Assembly (NCBI RefSeq): GCF_006345805.1
Contig: NC_043001.1
Coordinates: forward strand, 18,104,001 to 18,168,000
Direction: 5' to 3'
From: Octopus sinensis
Lineage: Eukaryota
Length of the DNA stretch: 64,000 nt
Shown: positions 60,960-64,000 of the stretch, piece by piece
How the letters are laid out: each line of letters starts with the position of its first letter
How positions within the stretch are numbered: the stretch's first letter is position 1
Notes under the pieces: generated by a model
Told to the model about the DNA's origin: nothing
Seen by the model: only the letters and a program-made list of their open reading frames with translations
The model's database searches: none
Position numbers and translations under genes: made by a program

Positions 60960-61883
60960 AGACTTCTCTTGCCAAGTGAAGGACCGACTGTCTGATGCTT
61001 GTACACAAATTACAGTTACTGCATGGTCGCAAATCATGAGCACTGACTGTCAAAGATGTCTTGGAAGTTGGGAAAACATGGTGAGCGTGCCCTGCTAGAT
61101 GTTTCGAAGTGGCCAGGGAACAGAAGAAAGAAGACATGCACCCAACACCAGAGCTGAAGACACCTCCGAAGGGGGGGGGGGGCACATCAAAACGGTAGAG
61201 GAGTAGGGGCCAAAACCAGACTTGGTTCCTCCTGATGATGTCTTGAGCTAACTGGATCCCATAAAGGAGCTGTTGTGGTAGCAGACCACGAAACACGGTT
61301 GTAATTCTTCTGAGGCGGCGAGCTGGCAGAAACGTTAGCACGCCGGGCAAAATGCTTAGCGGTATTTCGTCTGTCTTTACGTTCTGAGTTCAAATTCTGC
61401 CGAGGTCGACTTTGCCTTTCATCCTTTCGGGATTGATTAATTAAGTACCAGTTACGCACTGGGGTCGATGTAATCGACTTCATCCATTTGTCTGTCTTTG
61501 TTTGTTCCCTCTGTGTTTAGCCCCTTGTGGGAAGTAAAGAAATAGGTTGTAATTCCTCTGAGAATAAACAATGGAATGTGGATAATTTGTGAGAAGGAAA
61601 TCTAGAGAAGCGGAAATGATTATATACTGTGCAAGGGAGGAGACAGTAACTGGTACAGATGTTTGGGGTGTGCAGAGGATGGCAGCTGAGGAAGGAAGTG
61701 CTGAGCTATCCAAACGGAAAGCACAGGAAGAAACATGAAGGCCGTTCTCAAGATACTGGGCCCTCGCAAAGGAGACAACGAGGAGCCTTCAAGTGGTGAG
61801 ACACTGTGCTGGAGCCGACTCGTCCGACCCATGCCAGCTTCGGTGTAAAAACAATGTAAAATGATGATGATGATGATGATGAT
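60960..61883 (+). mobile_element. Highly decayed RTE LINE 3' end with (ATG)n tail, interrupted at about 61100-61580
   Basis: Frameshifted remnants FSCQVKDRLSDAC, LHG.KS*ALTV, VQGRR, WY, VLEPTRPTHAS; tail 61860-61883. Confidence 0.7.
61314..61544 (+). mobile_element. Family C SINE, 17-bp TSD (1 mismatch)
   Basis: GGTTGTAATTCTTCTGA 61297-61313 / GGTTGTAATTCCTCTGA 61545-61561. Confidence 0.92.
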
Positions 61884-62280
61884 GGGAGATGATTCAATCA
61901 GCTATGTCCCCTCCCTATGTCAAGTAACAAGAAATCAATATTTTGTCTGTCCTTGCTTCCGTGTGTGTGTGTGTGTGTATGTGTGTGTTTTCAGGTTAGT
62001 CTGATTCCACTTTGGTAGTTTAGCTATTGTTATTATTATTATTTTTGTCTGTTGTAATTTTATTGTAATATCTTAAATATAAAATATACACCCACTCTTC
62101 GCTGTTTATATTTTCTATGCACCCTAAAAATTCAACATATATATATATATATACACCCTAAAAATTCAATATATATATATATATATATATAAGGATAAGA
62201 TCGTTAATTTAAAAATAAAATGACGATTTTATCAAGTGGTCAGCATGGAAAAAATAACCTTCAAAGGAAATAATTATTAA

Positions 62281-62420
62281 AATTATAAATTAGGGTATCT
62301 ATGAGATACCACCATGCTGAAAATAGCAGCCATGATCTGACTCTAAAAGAGAGTCAGATCGTGGCTGTTGGCTGTTATTTTCAGCATGGTGGTATCTCGT
62401 AGATACCCTAATTTATAATT
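62281..62420. repeat. 64-bp fold-back hairpin, 5-nt loop
   Basis: Arms 62281-62344 and 62350-62420; 3 substitutions and one 7-nt duplication (TGGCTGT). Confidence 0.93.
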
Positions 62421-62458
<38 letters not shown>

Positions 62459-62891
62459 CCTTGACTGTATGTGTATACATACACACACATCCTTGTGTTC
62501 CCTATCATGTGTGTTGTTTCAATAAGGATGACTTGGCTGTTATTTCTAGCCAATTGAGTGACCACATAGGAGCTTCTTCCCTCTATTTGTTCAACTTTGT
62601 ATCAAGCATATCAAAAGTTTAACGGTCTTGTGCGAGATAATACATCGCTTGCAGGGAACTTGCTGATTTGTCAGCCAGGGATGTGGAGTTACTATGGCAA
62701 CGGGAATGGAAAGGATTTTTTTTTTTTTTTTTTTTTCAGGAATAAAAAAAGAAGCATGTTGCTAAGGCTTCCTCCATCAGCTGCTTCTGCATCCATTTCT
62801 AAGTCCTAACTACCTCTCTAGTACCATAATTCTTCCACTGCAACCAGTTACTTGTAAACTGAGAAACCTTACACTTATATAAATATATATA

Positions 62892-62956
<65 letters not shown>

Positions 62957-63729
62957 TCTAATTGTCATCATTGATAATATAATCTTCTTCGTCATCTTTA
63001 CCATTATCACTATCATCATCATCATTATTATTATTATATTATTATTATTATTATAACTGCCAGTCTCCGCTTCGTCTTCATATAGCTGTCATTATGACGA
63101 CTATCGTTATTACCCTTGTTATTATCATAGCTGGCATCAATTATGACCATCATCGTGGAGCTACCTACAGCCCCTATATCAGTTAACAAATGGCTGTGTT
63201 ATCTTAACAGTTCATCTATTAAAACCTATTAATACAACCATTATTGCTGCCGATATTCTAGGCTCTTTTATTCCTGCTGCTGTTGTTGTTGTTGTTGTTG
63301 TTTAGTGCTAAATTGGATCATGCAGATATACTATATTGTCTTTTAGTTTCAGGAATAATGTACCCTGAGCTGCATTATCCAATATGCCTTTCCTTCTTTG
63401 AGGTGAAAGGGTGTGCTCTGAGGATGACTTGGCTGTTGTTTCTAGCCAATTAAGTGACCACATAGGAGCTTTTCCCCTCTATAGCTACTTTTTACTTGGG
63501 TAGGAGGGAGAAATAGGATAAAACCTGATTGCTGTAATGGATGTGAGTTTGCGATATTGTGAGCATGCACAAATGAAATGCAACACAATAGCTATAACAA
63601 AGAACGGAATCTGGTTCGCAGGCAATCTTCCAGAACTTACTGGTACCCTTTGGCAGTTTTTGACATAATTTTCATGTATTTGTAACAGCCAAACTTTAAG
63701 AATTATTACTAGTGTTTAATAACCTTTTG

Positions 63730-63938
63730 TACTCTAGGCACAGGGCCTGAAATTTTGTGGGAGGGAGACAGTCAATTAGATCTACCCCAGTATGCAATTG
63801 GTACTTAATATATCGACCCCTGAAAGGATGAAAGGCTCAGTTGACTGTGGTAGAATCTGAACTCAGAACGCAAAGACAGACGAAATACTGCTAAGCATTT
63901 CACCCAGCGTACTAACATTTCTACCAGCTCACCGCCTT
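63730..63938 (-). mobile_element. Older family C-type SINE
   Basis: Head and central domain; alternative tail TCAGGCCCTGTGCCTAGAGTA. Confidence 0.75.
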
Positions 63939-64000
63939 ATTATTACTACTACTAATAATAATAATAATAATAGACTGGAGTCAGATACAGTTCCTTAGCT

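Overview
AT-rich, microsatellite- and SINE-dense animal DNA. The repeat landscape matches what I recall for Octopus; this is an inference and was not searched. The window opens inside a large low-complexity coding exon (bases 2-1337, + strand; Asn/Ser/Gln/His/Thr homopolymer-rich, gene not recognised) that ends at a G|GTAAGT donor. I could not confidently find the next exon, so the remaining ~62 kb reads as intron (or intron plus intergenic). It is packed with several retroposon families, which I label A-F and J. B-F and J have tRNA-like heads; family A shows no head in any copy here. It also holds three RTE-clade LINE fragments, a decayed DD37D (maT-type) Tc1/mariner element, piggyBac-like, Tc1/mariner-like and hAT-like MITEs, two Helitron-like elements, Penelope-like relics with hammerhead-ribozyme motifs, several long fold-back hairpins and many simple repeats. 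There is no CRISPR array, intact tRNA/rRNA gene or prokaryotic system. I see no unambiguous new biological system. The best leads are: (1) a SINE that appears to move as head-to-tail concatemers and whose monomers all have GGT-initiated target duplications; (2) up to four damaged hammerhead-like motifs and near-perfect fold-back hairpins inside one presumed intron; (3) a 411-bp TIR element with a 6-bp TSD and a G-quadruplex motif; (4) modular head/core/tail shuffling among SINEs, with the probable partner LINE present. All alignments and folds were done by eye; repeat boundaries are approximate to within a few bases unless a TSD is given.
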